Below are positions 1-12,700 of a DNA stretch of 44,698 nt, one piece after another. The notes under the pieces were generated by a model. The model worked only from the letters and a program-made list of their open reading frames with translations. It searched no databases and had not been told where the DNA came from. The translations under genes and the position numbers were made by a program. The stretch is from Reclinomonas americana ATCC 50394 (lineage: Eukaryota). Numbering within the stretch: the first letter of the stretch is position 1; every line of letters starts with the position of its first letter. The DNA lies in contig PS015171.1 in NCBI GenBank assembly GCA_048213135.1, forward strand, positions 23,215-67,912. The letters are read 5' to 3'.

Positions 1-3000
1 AGCAGTCAACGCCTCCAATACACAATCACAGTGATGCTCACACTGTCACGAATGACAGACCTCGGTGCGGACGGACATGATGCGCTGAGACCAGACCAGC
101 GCCGGCTCATAGACGTAGTAGCGCCCGAGTTCATTCAACTGCACGCGGAAGGCATCAGTAGCGACGACGACGACGACGACGGTGATAAGAACAACAGCAT
201 CAAACCTTGAACTCTGGGATTGTGTTCTTGCGCTTGCTATTGGCACACGCCTCCTTCCACGAGGAACTGGCCTCCTGCGCGGCAATAAGATCGTCGACCA
301 CGCGCACTGGTGTGATCCACGCAGAGAGTGCGAGGGGCGAGTATGTCGGATTCGCCGGCTGCATACGCGCACGTGCATGAGGAATGATGAAGCAAGCTCG
401 CACAACGGAAGCAGGGGCAACTCACTCACCGAAGCCAGTGGCACGAAATCAGTAATGTACTTGCCCTTCGGGATCTTGGCGAACAGGCTGCCGTTGCCGA
501 CGATCCTGCATCAACAGTACACCCCAATTCGTCAGTGACAGCTTATCGGTCGACCTCCCTTGACATGGAAGAGCACGAAACTCGGCAATCACGGGCGTCG
601 GCGACGCGGCAAGTGGAGCCAGTGCCACTCGAATGTCCTCGGCACCGGTGTTGACGGCAAGACGTACGTACGAGTCCTGCACGCGTCAATCAACGTTAGC
701 CCCAACTCGTGCACACACACGTGGGCCAGCGCCACTCGCCTCCAGGACCACCATCCACGGATGATGCTCAAGAGGCCACTCGAAGACTCCCTGCAAACGA
801 CACTCGCGAACCAGTCCCAGGCACGCCACAGTGTTCCAGGTCACCGGCAACGGCATGTACTTTTCGTGATTCCACGAGAGGTCCAGAGCTGGCGACCCAG
901 GATGCGTGAGCGCAATGAACATCGAATCGAATGAGTGGGGGTTTAAAAAAGACAGACCTGGCACACGACCACCGGCCTCGTCGGTACCCGCAGAGGCACT
1001 GGTGGCCTCCACAACCAGGCGCAGCGAAAACTGGACGCAGATTTCGTCACTGGAGCCAGTCTTTGGAGCCTCGGCCTGCACGTGGAAGGAAATGAACAAA
1101 GGAGACGCAGAGCCACGGCGAAGCGTTAGTGCCTCAACAGCGCACCTCTGGGTCTTGACCGAGCTCATGGATGAACAGGACATGGTCGCCGGTCGGGAGG
1201 TCGGTGATGCGCACCGAGGAGCGGAACACGTGATTGTGTGTCGTCACTTCAACATCTGCAGACACACACACACACACACTGCGATCAGCAAGCGTGCAAC
1301 TACAGAATGCCAACTGTGAGTGACAGCTGCGACGTACCACCAGTGACGGCGCCGTCCGGAGTGATCACCAATCTCGATGGAGACGCCGTGTAAACCTCTG
1401 CATAGAGACTGTACACGCTGTCCGCCAGTTGCGGCAACTGCACAAAGCACCATCACGATAGCGGTTCAGTGGACTTCGGCGAAGGAGAGAGAGAGAGAGA
1501 GAGATGATGGCGTGCTAGGGAGGGTGGAAAGAGAATGAAGAGTATGAGATGGGGAGAAGGGATGGCCAGTCGCGTGTGCATACCTCGTCACGCGTGCCCA
1601 CAGTAAGCGGAATGGCCACAGGCGCAAACACACCCTGCACACGCCGTTGTCGCAGGTCGCGTCCACTCACACGGCTGTCGTACACATAGGCCAACACACC
1701 AGGTCCCCACGGCTTCCACGTAGTCACCTGTCGGGCGAGAGAATCATTAATGACGATTGCAAGCAAATCTCTTTGTTTGGCACGTGTTATCGACACAAAC
1801 CAACGGCACAAGTGGAATCTCAGGCTGTGTTCCCGACGGTGGGCACAGCGAATCGGCGGCGTCGGCCGGCATCACTGGTTCCAACTACGACAACGATCAT
1901 GCAGCGCATGGTCAGCCATCAGAATCGCCCCGGCTCTCTCGAGAAACACACACCATCATATCCAATGAGTATTCGGGGCACGGCTGAGTGTCCTCCTCGT
2001 CAAGTCGCGTGAACGTGAAGGTAACACGATACGACAGGCCCTTGCGAAGAACCAGTTGCAAATCAACACCCTGTCCGTATGCGTGTGCCAAACCCGTGCC
2101 CACCAGCACTGGACTCTCCGCTGCGCCAATCGCAAACACAAAATAAGGAACATTCGTACACACCGTCGCAACGGGAGTCGCACGTACCACTCAATCGTTC
2201 CACCATCACCGAAATGTCGATAGAAGAGGACAACGCGACAAGTGTGAACACTGACGTCTGCTCCGGCACCACCAGCATGCAGTCCGTAGAAGATGACTTT
2301 TCAGGGCGCATCTTGGCGTGCAATTGCATATTCTGCGACGACCCGCGGTCAAACGCGCAAGCATCGTCAGGGTGGTGTGGGGAATAAGGACTGTACCTGG
2401 AAGTGAAGCTTCTCCGGTCCGCGGCGATACCACGGTCGATGCAGTGCGGCAGGGAGCTGTCCAGTCGGGGCCAGGCAGCGGTCGCTGACGCTGCGATCTG
2501 CACGACACACAGCATAAGAGACGACGATGCCCTCCTACACAAGGAAGACGTGCGCTCACACTCTCTCACCAGTGTGGTCGTGCGTGAGGTACGACACACG
2601 CACGTGCATGTCGAAATGCTGGCAATTGACACTGGTCATTTGACACAGCAGTCGATTGTCGGACGACATGATGCTGAGCATGTATCGGCCGGTGCTCACA
2701 AACGCATCCAGAACGTAGCGATTGAGCTCGCGACGGCCAGTAGCTAGTAGCAAGCACACACACGCACACGCACGGGTGAGGGGCATGAGGACAGAAAACT
2801 CGATGACGCTCGCTCACTCACCATGCTCCACCGACGTGTCAGTCTCGTAGTGAGTGATCCAACCAATGACGTCGGCAGTCAAAAAGTCGGACTCCAGAAC
2901 CACCGTCACTCGCGCCTCACTGGTTACGACCGAGTGAGAAACGACAACCGCACACGCGAACCATATCACGCGTGACTGACTCACCGTTCGACGGAAAAGT

Positions 3001-6000
3001 CGTACGTGTAGATACCGCCAGAGTTGCACGAGAGACTGAACCGAGCAGAGTCGTCCCGGTCGGCACTGGCACAGGTGGCCGTGCGAACGCCAAACAGTAC
3101 GGGCTTCACATCCCACTTGACACGCGGGATCACGTGCGACTCAGTGCAGCCTTCGGTGGCCAAGGCTGACTCCATGGCCTCCAGCGGCGCAATAGCCCAG
3201 TTCAGTCGGAACGCTGGGCACGACTCCCACGCCGGAGCTGCGATAACCACAAACCGGGGTGAGCTCACCTCGCACAGTCGCCACCAACACGACAGATAAA
3301 CATTTGGCACACGCAACTGGCATCGACCTCCTCCGCCAACTGGAACGTGAACGATAGGAAGTACTCGCCCGGCTCCAGATCCAGGTTCATGGGCGAACCT
3401 TCGGTCGCCGGCTTGTCATCGCCGGCACGATAGAGAGAGACACGACCAGTGATGTACTCCTGCATCTCGAGCATGACGCCGTCGGCCTTTTCGATGGTCA
3501 GTCGCATAAGCGAGCGGCGCGTGACCTTGAAGCGCACGGCCTGCGACGTGGCTGAGAAGTCGGCGTGGTAGTCGCCCGACACGTGCAGCGTGCCCGTGGC
3601 CTCGTCCAAGTAGCCAGCAGTGTTGGCAGTCGGCGGCAAAAACTCCACGGTTGGATCGCACAAGTGATGCGGCATCTGTCGCATGACCTCATCGACAGAC
3701 GTGCCCGTCGACGGCTCCGATGGTTCCTTGGGCGTCGGTGCAGAGTCAGTGGAATCATAGTCCTCCGTGTCCGACGTTGGCGTTGTCGGCTCAATCTCTC
3801 CCACCGGCGCCAAAGAGAACGTCAAATCCATGACCAGACAAGACACGGAAGACGCTGCCCGTGTGTCCGTCAGGTCGTAGCCCCACAGCGTGTACATGCC
3901 CGGCGACAGGAAGCGGTCAATGTCTTGCCGGTTGGTGTGGGAGACGCCGAGAATGCAACTGCGTGCACTGGGGTCCTTGCTGTTGTACCCGCCCTCTGAG
4001 ATGGCAGCCAGACACCCACGCCGGTTGCCACCGACCTCCACCGCCAACACCACGTGGCCCGCCACAAATCGATGCCCGAGAACGGCACGCATGGTGAGCG
4101 GTCGGTTCATCACCTGGAAGTTGAAGGAGAACAGCTCGCGGTCGAGCTCCGTGTGGCGCTCCAGATGCATGACCTTGTGCTCCAGCAGCAGACTGCCGTC
4201 CACCGGGAACCACGACGTGGGAGGGACTGGGAACTTGATTGGGTGCTTCTTGAACGCACTGCACATTTTCTGTGCACATTTTCAAGACCATGAGCATGAG
4301 CGCGCATGAGTCATTCCATCCAACATGGCAAGAGAGACGCACCTCCACCGCTGGGACCTCCTCCGTCTTGAAGTGATCCAGAGGCTCCACCTGGATCTCC
4401 ATGTTTAGCAGCACGCACCCGGCATGGTGCGTCGAGCCAGGAGTGCTGACGACATCGATTTCCACGGCGTACATGTGGCCGCTCAGCACCTGACTGGAGA
4501 GGATTTTGAGACCGGACACCAGCTGCAAGGCACTGTGATCCTCCGGTGCCTCCGGCTCCTTGGACGGCTTGCCAATCCACACTGTTGTCACGTCGCGCAA
4601 CTGAACACGCAACGCTTCAATCGGCGCACCCAACGTGTGCACCGACAAGCGGAACAAGGAGTCGCTGCGGGCGGTGAACGAGATAGAATGCCAATGCTGC
4701 AGCGTTGCTTTCCACCGCGACGACACTCCCGGCCTGTGCGACGCAAGCAACAGGCAATTCAACAGCAGAGCGAGAGAGAAAGAGAGAGAGTGTGTGTGTC
4801 ATTGGCCAGCCACTCACCGATTCGTGTCACTGGCGTCGAGTCCGGATTCGACCTCTCCAGCCACGCCATCGTCGGCCTCGTCAACACGATCGGCGAGCCA
4901 ATCCTCGCCCTCCTCTTCGCCGTCGAGCTCTTCGCCCACCGGTGCACTGTCGGTGCCACCAGACGGCGGTCGAAGGGAGCTGGGTGGAATGTACTCGGAG
5001 GTGGCGGCCAGACCGTACGTGTCCGCCACATGGAACCACGCCGTGCGGCCAAACCCGAGCGATTCCAGCGTCAACGGCGGCGGTTCGGTGTGCGACGGAC
5101 ACACGTGTTTCACCGCCGACTCTTCGGCTTCGCTGTCGCCGGTGCGCTGACACACTGGGTACTCACCAAAGTAGCCATTCTCCTCGTCGCACGAGTCACA
5201 CATGCGATGAATCGACGTGTAGCCGGGCAGACACTCGCAGATGGGGTAGCCGAGATCGTCAGTGCAGGTGCCGTAGCCACTGCAGCTCTGCTCTGCGCAT
5301 TTGTGATCCATGACGCACAGGGCCGAGTGTGGGAAGTGGTGGTAGCCATCCACACACAGTTCGCACAGAGCGCCCGTGTACGGATGAACGCACTGGCATT
5401 GGCCAGTCGACGCATTGCATGTTCCGTGACCGCTGCAGTCGCACGTGGCGCCCGTCAAAAACACATGATCCATGCGGTACACGTCGTCGGAGACAACAAA
5501 GGGAAGCGACGGTTCACGAGCTGTCCGCAGACGGCTGATTCGCAGCTTGACCACGTATTTCTGGGCAGAGCGAACAAACAAAAAATATCGTGAGTGCACG
5601 GGAGCGTCGCTGAGCACGACCCACTCTTGGTGCCGGCACCTTTTTCGGCTCAAAGTCGGCACTGTTGAACGCCAGAATCACTTGCGTGTTGTGACCGCGT
5701 CCGTAGAAAAACGCGGCCCGTGGCAGCACGCTCTTCTTCTCGCGACAGCTCGGGCACATGAGCTCCACCACACGCTCGTCGACAAACAAGTCCAGCAACG
5801 ATTTCGGCGCCGACGGCGTCTGCACAGCTGCAGAGCGACGAAATGTAAACAACCAGATATCTCACGCCCCGGCCACAACAACGAACAGCAGGTGCGTGGT
5901 ACCTTCGGAAAAGGTGAACGTCATCGAAAACNNNNNNNNNNNNNNNNNNNNNNNNNNNNNNNNNNNNNNNNNNNNNNNNNNNNNNNNNNNNNNNNNNNNN

Positions 6001-8607
6001 NNNNNNNNNNNNNNNNNNNNNNNNNNNNNNNNNNNNNNNNNNNNNNNNNNNNNNNNNNNNNNNNNNNNNNNNNNNNNNNNNNNNNNNNNNNNNNNNNNNN
6101 NNNNNNNNNNNNNNNNNNNNNNNNNNNNNNNNNNNNNNNNNNNNNNNNNNNNNNNNNNNNNNNNNNNNNNNNNNNNNNNNNNNNNNNNNNNNNNNNNNNN
6201 NNNNNNNNNNNNNNNNNNNNNNNNNNNNNNNNNNNNNNNNNNNNNNNNNNNNNNNNNNNNNNNNNNNNNNNNNNNNNNNNNNNNNNNNNNNNNNNNNNNN
6301 NNNNNNNNNNNNNNNNNNNNNNNNNNNNNNNNNNNNNNNNNNNNNNNNNNNNNNNNNNNNGGTGCCTGCATGTCGACAGTGGAGCCGGCGGGTGGGAAGA
6401 TATCGAGTAGCAGCGGTCGCGGTTTCCGAACTGCAGGATCGTCTGCCTCCTCGTCGGGCAGCTGGCCAGTGGGCGCCTTGGCCTCGAGCGTGGCGCCAAA
6501 TGCGAAGCGGAAGCACGAGAACGAGCCGCTGAACTCTTGGTGTGGTACGAAATGAACCGTGGCGGTGTAGGTGCCGTGCAGCACGGAGGTTGNNNNNNNN
6601 NNNNNNNNNNNNNNNNNNNNNNNNNNNNNNNNNNNNNNNNNNNNNNNNNNNNNNNNNNNNNNNNNNNNNNNNNNNNNNNNNNNNNNNNNNNNNNNNNNNN
6701 NNNNNNNNNNNNNNNNNNNNNNNNNNNNNNNNNNNNNNNNNNNNNNNNNNNNNNNNNNNNNNNNNNNNNNNNNNNNNNNNNNNNNNNNNNNNNNNNNNNN
6801 NNNNNNNNNNNNNNNNNNNNNNNNNNNNNNNNNNNNNNNNNNNNNNNNNNNNNNNNNNNNNNNNNNNNNNNNNNNNNNNNNNNNNNNNNNNNNNNNNNNN
6901 NNNNNNNNNNNNNNNNNNNNNNNNNNNNNNNNNNNNNNNNNNNNNNNNNNNNNNNNNNNNNNNNNNNNNNNNNNNNNNNNNNNNNNNNNNNNNNNNNNNN
7001 NNNNNNNNNNNNNNNNNNNNNNNNNNNNNNNNNNNNNNNNNNNNNNNNNNNNNNNNNNNNNNNNNNNNNNNNNNNNNNNNNNNNNNNNNNNNNNNNNNNN
7101 NNNNNNNNNNNNNNNNNNNNNNNNNNNNNNNNNNNNNNNNNNNNNNNNNNNNNNNNNNNNNNNNNNNNNNNNNNNNNNNNNNNNNNNNNNNNNNNNNNNN
7201 NNNNNNNNNNNNNNNNNNNNNNNNNNNNNNNNNNNNNNNNNNNNNNNNNNNNNNNNNNNNNNNNNNNNNNNNNNNNNNNNNNNNNNNNNNNNNNNNNNNN
7301 NNNNNNNNNNNNNNNNNNNNNNNNNNNNNNNNNNNNNNNNNNNTTAGCGACGAGTGGAAGTTGAGGAAGGGCGCCGAGTGCGCCTCATCGCCGTCCTCAG
7401 AGCTGACGGCGACCACTGCACCATCAATGGCCTGCAACTCGATGCTCATGTCGGCCAGTAGCGCATCGTAGTCCACACGCAGCGAGATTGTCGCCGACGA
7501 TGCCTCCACCGCAATGACCATAAAGTGCACGACCCGATCCTTGTAGTCCATATCGTCCACTCGCATCACATACGTGTCGGCGTAGGAGCGCACGTTCTCG
7601 TTGGGAGGCACCGTGAGCGCCACGGGCGGAAGACGCACGTGGTCCTTGGTGACATCGCCGCAGCGCACCTCCGCCATCACACGATGACTGCAAGCGGGGA
7701 GCGTGAGCACTGAGTGATCAAGATGCACGTGGCACGGCGTGTGGCGACGCAACATGGGTCGCAGGATGAAAGAAAAGTGCAAAAAATCACACGGATCGTT
7801 GGTGGGCGTCGCCTTGCCCGCACGCAGGCGCGTCACCACCAGGCGATAGGGATCGGCACTCGGCTGCAACTCGATCAGCTGACTCTCCCACGAGCCTGGT
7901 CGTGTACTGGCAAACTTCTGTGACACGCTTGCACACGTGAGCAGGAGGAGGCGCGACGACGCGCGCACTACCAACGCACCGTGTCGACCACTCCCAGCGA
8001 TTCCTCCAGTGTGGGATGAATCAGACGCGTCTGGATGTCGTCGCCGAGCGTCTCGCTTCGAAAGAAGAAGCGAAGACGGGCGCGCACCAGCACTCGAAAA
8101 GCGACCTCATGCTCGGATCCATCCTGCGCACATACGCCACGTGGTAAGAGAAGTGTGCGAATTCGTTTCCGTGGACACACATTCCGCGTCACACACGCAA
8201 CTGGTGGCACCAGGAACCGCGTACCAAACACACGAACGGAGCCATCGGAGGCATCCTGCGTACCACCGTACTCGGCGAGCGCGTCTGCGCCACACGCGTG
8301 CCACGGTCGTCAGTCACAGAATAGAAAGAGACAAGGAGACTGTGCGCGGGAATACGCGCGCATGCATGCATGTATGTGTCGTGTGTGTGTGTGTGCGTGC
8401 ATGTGCACAGACGCAACCCTTGTACAGATCCGTCGGCAGGGGGTAGCCGTCGATGTCGCACACACCCGCGTCGGGAACCACCACGCCCTGCGCGTGCACT
8501 CCCACCAGCACCGAATCCAACAGCACCAACACAACAACAGTCGCCACCACCATAGCAGCAGCAGCGACGACACGCGACGACAGCCGCGGCTGTTGGCGTC
8601 GCCGCAT
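1..8607 (-). CDS. Gene A: giant secreted/cell-surface protein with laminin-type/EGF-like Cys repeats and repeated beta-rich modules. Multi-exon, interrupted by two N gaps, 3' end outside the window.
   Basis: ATG at 8607 is followed by a hydrophobic signal peptide (MVVATVVVLVLLDSVLVGVHAQ). GT-AG splicing joins consecutive ORF fragments in frame (e.g. PTDLYK-DALAEYGG; EEVDAT-PAWESC). EGF-type repeats CDCSGHGTCNASTGQCQCVHPYTGALCELC and CSGYGTC...CECLPGY lie at about 5140-5450. The last visible exon ends at a GT donor at 60. Confidence 0.75.
5932..6360. other. Assembly gap (N run) inside gene A
   Basis: Run of N. Confidence 0.99.
6593..7343. other. Assembly gap (N run) inside gene A
   Basis: Run of N. 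Confidence 0.99.
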
Positions 8608-8686
8608 GATTAGATGATGGAAAGCTGAATCCGTCCATCTCTCGAAATGATCCTTCGTCTCCCCTTCTCGACCTTCTCTCAGTTCC

Positions 8687-9691
8687 ATGGAGCAGGCGGT
8701 TGGAGAAGTGGTAATGATGGTGGAGAGGAAGGAGGAGGAGGAGACAGACGAGGTGAATGTGCTTGGCGACGGCGATGGCGGCGATGCCGTGGTGAACGAC
8801 CTCTTACGACGACATGCGTTGGGGTGTGTGTTTGTGTTTGTGTGACTCCTTTCGTGTTCGTCTTGAGCGTTGTTTCGCGCGCTGAACATGCGGGTTGTGG
8901 CAGCGAGGTGAATCCGATTGATTTCTGTGAGGTGCTCGAGGAGCGGCGAGAGAAGCTGCGCATGCTCGACGCGGTGTACCGCAGCGAGTTTGCTCGCCTG
9001 CGACGCGTGTTGAGTGGTCGCCTGGATGCGGTATGTGTCAATCTTCCTCCTGCATCCTCCTCTCTCTCTCTCTTCGTCTCCTTACACGGCATATGCACAG
9101 GTGGATGAACTGAAGGATCGCACCATTGCGGCCTCGGTGCTCTGGGCGGAGGAGCAGTATGCTGGTCGGACGCTGCATCGACGAAAGCGGCGACAGCGGC
9201 TTCAGCGGCGGCATTACGCCTCGCAGGAGGACTACGATGTGGTGGAGCACTACCGTCGCTTCCTGGACTTGGAGGTCGGCCGCTCCGGTCGACAGGCGTC
9301 GCACTTTCTGGTCTCGGTCACGCCGCAGTTGGCACTGGACTTCTCCGCCGACAGAGGATTGCACTTGTCGCGACCGCGAGTCATTGCCAATCCTGCACCG
9401 CCGCCAGCCACGGTGGTGACTCCCACTGTGTCGCACTCGTCGGCAATGGGTCGTAGTGATACAGCGTCGTCGCTGTTGCTGACGAACCGCGATCGAGTGC
9501 GCCTCGCCGCGCAGCTGCGGTCCATGGTGGAACAGGTGCGACACGAGAGGTTCAATCGGCTGCTGCAGGAGCCAGCTGAGGAGGCCGGCGCTGCCGACGA
9601 AAGTCAGAGAGGCGACAGCAGTGGTGGAGACACGGTGGCACCATCAGCAGAGGCGCCCGTAGTAAGTGACGGCGATGGTCTCCAGTCATAA
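8687..9691 (+). CDS. Gene B: hypothetical coiled-coil protein, 3 exons
   Basis: ATG at 8687 (MEQAVGEVVMMVERKEEEE). Intron 1 ends at GGCAG near 8903. Intron 2 is GTATGT..CACAG (9031-9100). The spliced ORF runs EVNPIDFCEVLEERREKLRMLDAVYRSEFARL...DGDGLQS to TAA at 9689-9691. Confidence 0.65.
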
Positions 9692-9700
9692 ACGGTTACA

Positions 9701-9706
9701 TTTATT
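9701..9706 (-). promoter_or_regulatory. Candidate AATAAA polyadenylation signal of gene C
   Basis: tttatt on the + strand, 7 nt past the gene C stop, within the only 22-bp gap between convergent genes B and C. Confidence 0.45.
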
Positions 9707-9713
9707 ATGCGCA

Positions 9714-12700
9714 TTATTTTTTCGCGAGGACGAGGAACGTGGGAATCACGCCGACTCCCTTGCACTGCAGACGAGGTGTGGTGGGTGGGCACAGGATTAA
9801 GAAGAGATGGAGAGACAGGGAGTCGCAGCGCGCGCACTGACCTCGGCACTCGATGATTCGGTCTTGAAAAGACCGCGTGACCGCTGGTTGGTGGCCTCCG
9901 AAATCTGAATCGAGTTCGGCGGTGCCGTGCTGGCCATGCGCGAGGCGACATTGATTGTGTCTGAGCGAGGGACGAGTGAGAAAACGTCACTTAGAGGCGC
10001 CGTTGCGACACTATGGTGGTCGTCTACTCACCGCCATACAGATCAAAGCTCTGTGTCAGCTGACCGACAATGCCAGCGGTACAAGGGCCCGAGTTGATTC
10101 CAGCACGGAACTCGAGCTTAATGCGTCTCTGTACATGCGCACACATGTTACTACATCACGTGTGATGTTGTGGAAGAAAAGACAACTGCCTCACCCTCTC
10201 GCAGAACGATCTGATGGCCTCGAGGGCATGCAGTGCAAAGTCGGTCGCTGCGAACGCATGGTCGGGCCGTGGTCTGTACATTCCGCACACGACCATGTAC
10301 GCGTGACCGATGGTCTTCACCCGCTCCGCGTGCAACTTGCGGACGGTGGTGTCAAGCGTGGAAAAGAGTTCGCCAAACAATCGGATCTCCTCCTGCGCAG
10401 TCAGTGGGCCGGCGCCTGCGTCGGTACCAGTAGGAGTGCGTGAGCAACATGCGCAACTGCACAGGTAAAGACAATACGATGCTCAACCTTGTTCGCTGTC
10501 GATGCGCTCCACATCGCTGAGCTTGATGAAAACACAAGAGACTTCTGGGTGGAAGTCGACCAATGTGACGGTCTGGTGCGCGCGAGAGTCAGTGTCACTC
10601 GCAGCACATTGACACGACAAGTGCAGCAGTGCGTGCACGGCACTGACGCAACGCCAGCATCGTCGGCGGATCTCTCCGATGTCAGTTTGCTCAGCACCGG
10701 TCGGGGGAATGCCGTGTCCAGCATCTTCTCAAACACCGTATTGACACTGCTGAGGACTTGCAAGTCGTCGACCTGCTTTGGTGGCTCGCCCACACGGCAG
10801 GAGTAGTATTTGACACTGTTGACCATGGTCTCGCGCATGCTGAACACACCGTCAAACTTGCTTCCGTCTTTCCGTGTAACCGAGTACACAGCGGGCGCAG
10901 ACGCGTGACCACCGGCGCCCGACGAACGCGAGAAAGTGTTCACGAGGTCGCCGAATGTCGCAGTCTTGTTGTTCAGTGTGAGACGAAGCAGCTGGTCGAT
11001 GGAAATCGCTGTATGCGGAAGGGCGATAAGTACACACGTGCAAAACGAGACACGAAAATCAAGAGGATTGTGCTGTGCGCCCACCAGCTGACGCCAGCTC
11101 GTCCGCCGTGTACCCAAACATCTATCACGTACCACACACACGTTGTGAGAAACTGAGAATCGCCCTGGACCAAGAAAAACACACGCACCCGCTGCACGGC
11201 AGGATTCACTTGCTGAATGACGCCGTTCCGATCGCACCAAATGACGGCGTCGGAAGAGGTGGCCAACACGCCGTGCAACTCGTCGTTCTTGCGTTCCATC
11301 TCGGATCTCGTCTGGCTCTCGTCCGACACGTCTGTGCGTGACAAGGTGCTTGCTTGTAAGGGGCAAGAGACAGAGTGTGCGACTGATGCAAGGTGACGCA
11401 GACCTCGTACAAATGCGCAGTACAGCTGGCGTGTGTCGAGATCGACGCGAATGACGTGGAGATGAACACTGACAGCCTCTCCGGAACGCTTCTGCGCGTA
11501 CACTCCTCGGCCACTGTTTGTATGTGCGTGAGATGCACTGCTCTGTGAGTCTGCGGTCGAGAGTTATGACTTGCATGAAAAGACGACAACGCAACGCCAC
11601 TGCCAGGGCCGACTTGGAGGCGTCCTGTTGGTTCATGCTGCGCACATAGTCATCGTGCCGCTCCTTGTGCGGCTCTGGAACAAACATCTGGCGCCAACTG
11701 TGAGCTAGAGAAAAACAAAAGGTGCATGCACTTGCACAACTCGCGCAGAAGACGTACCCGAACATTTTGCCCGATCACTGCCGCCCGGTCATTGCCGTAA
11801 CCGAGCAGTCGCAGGAGCGAAACATTGATATCCTCGATGATGCCGGCCGTGTCGGTGACCACAAAGCCTGTGAATGGTTCACAAGCAGGATAAAATGAAT
11901 ACCGCATTGGTTACCCCGGGCATGTGTACTTGTACGCAACCATCGTGCATGGAATTGAAAATGTACAACAACTGCACCGCGATTGTGTGGAAAGTGATGA
12001 GATGCGACAATGAGACGGACACCAGCTACAGAAGACCAGACAAAACCTTCTCGCGCTGCTCCTGGAGACGTCGTTCGCGTTCCTTGTCCTCCGACACATC
12101 GTTGATGAAGCAGGAGAAGAATCGTCGTGCGGCAATGCGCCCCTCGGCCAGCGTGACAGTGACGGGCACACCAGATCCGTCGCGATGCACAGCCTGGATG
12201 TACACGAATGGTGAACGGTGAGATATCATCGATCCTTGCAGCAGAGGACTGTGGGTGACTGCGGAGGACGTAACGACGCTTTCGATCGTGCGCCCAATGA
12301 TTCGCGAGGTGCCGGGTGGTTGCAATAGGTACTTGGCAATCAGCTGATCGTGCCTCTCCCTGCACGATGGGATTGGTGTAATGTCGACAAGCAGGCCCTC
12401 ACAGACAGACTACCGACTGACCGTACTTCGGCAGGCACAATCATCTTGATGTTGGAACCAAGTGCGTCCTCGGCCGGGTAGCCCAGCATTCGTGTGAACG
12501 ACTTGTTGACCATCTCGATGAGCCTGCGCGTCAGTGTCAGCTACTTAGCCACCGCACGAGCCACACACACTCTCTTTCTCATGCAAGCAACATCTACACC
12601 ACTCACCCCTTGTCGTTGGTGATGATCACGGCACGGTCCGTGGTCTGCAGAATGGTGCGGAATTTCTCGCTGTTCTCCTTCATCTTCTTGCTGAGGTCAG

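Noticed and set aside
4424-5593. Long + strand ORFs opposite genes A, C, D and G (also 17990-19042, 36962-37975, 38278-39282)
   Set aside because: Antisense shadows of GC-rich coding exons, with no recognisable motifs.
5472-7974. Long ORFs spanning the N runs
   Set aside because: Artefacts of translating assembly gaps.
8818-8830. GTTGGG as another shifted donor in gene B
   Set aside because: An in-phase GTGTGT donor lies 6 nt downstream and the site lacks the RMGT pattern, so it was not counted.
9714-10570. Gene C cyclase as a decaying pseudogene
   Set aside because: All exons splice in frame without stops, and the losses are confined to the C1-type residues while every C2-type residue is intact.
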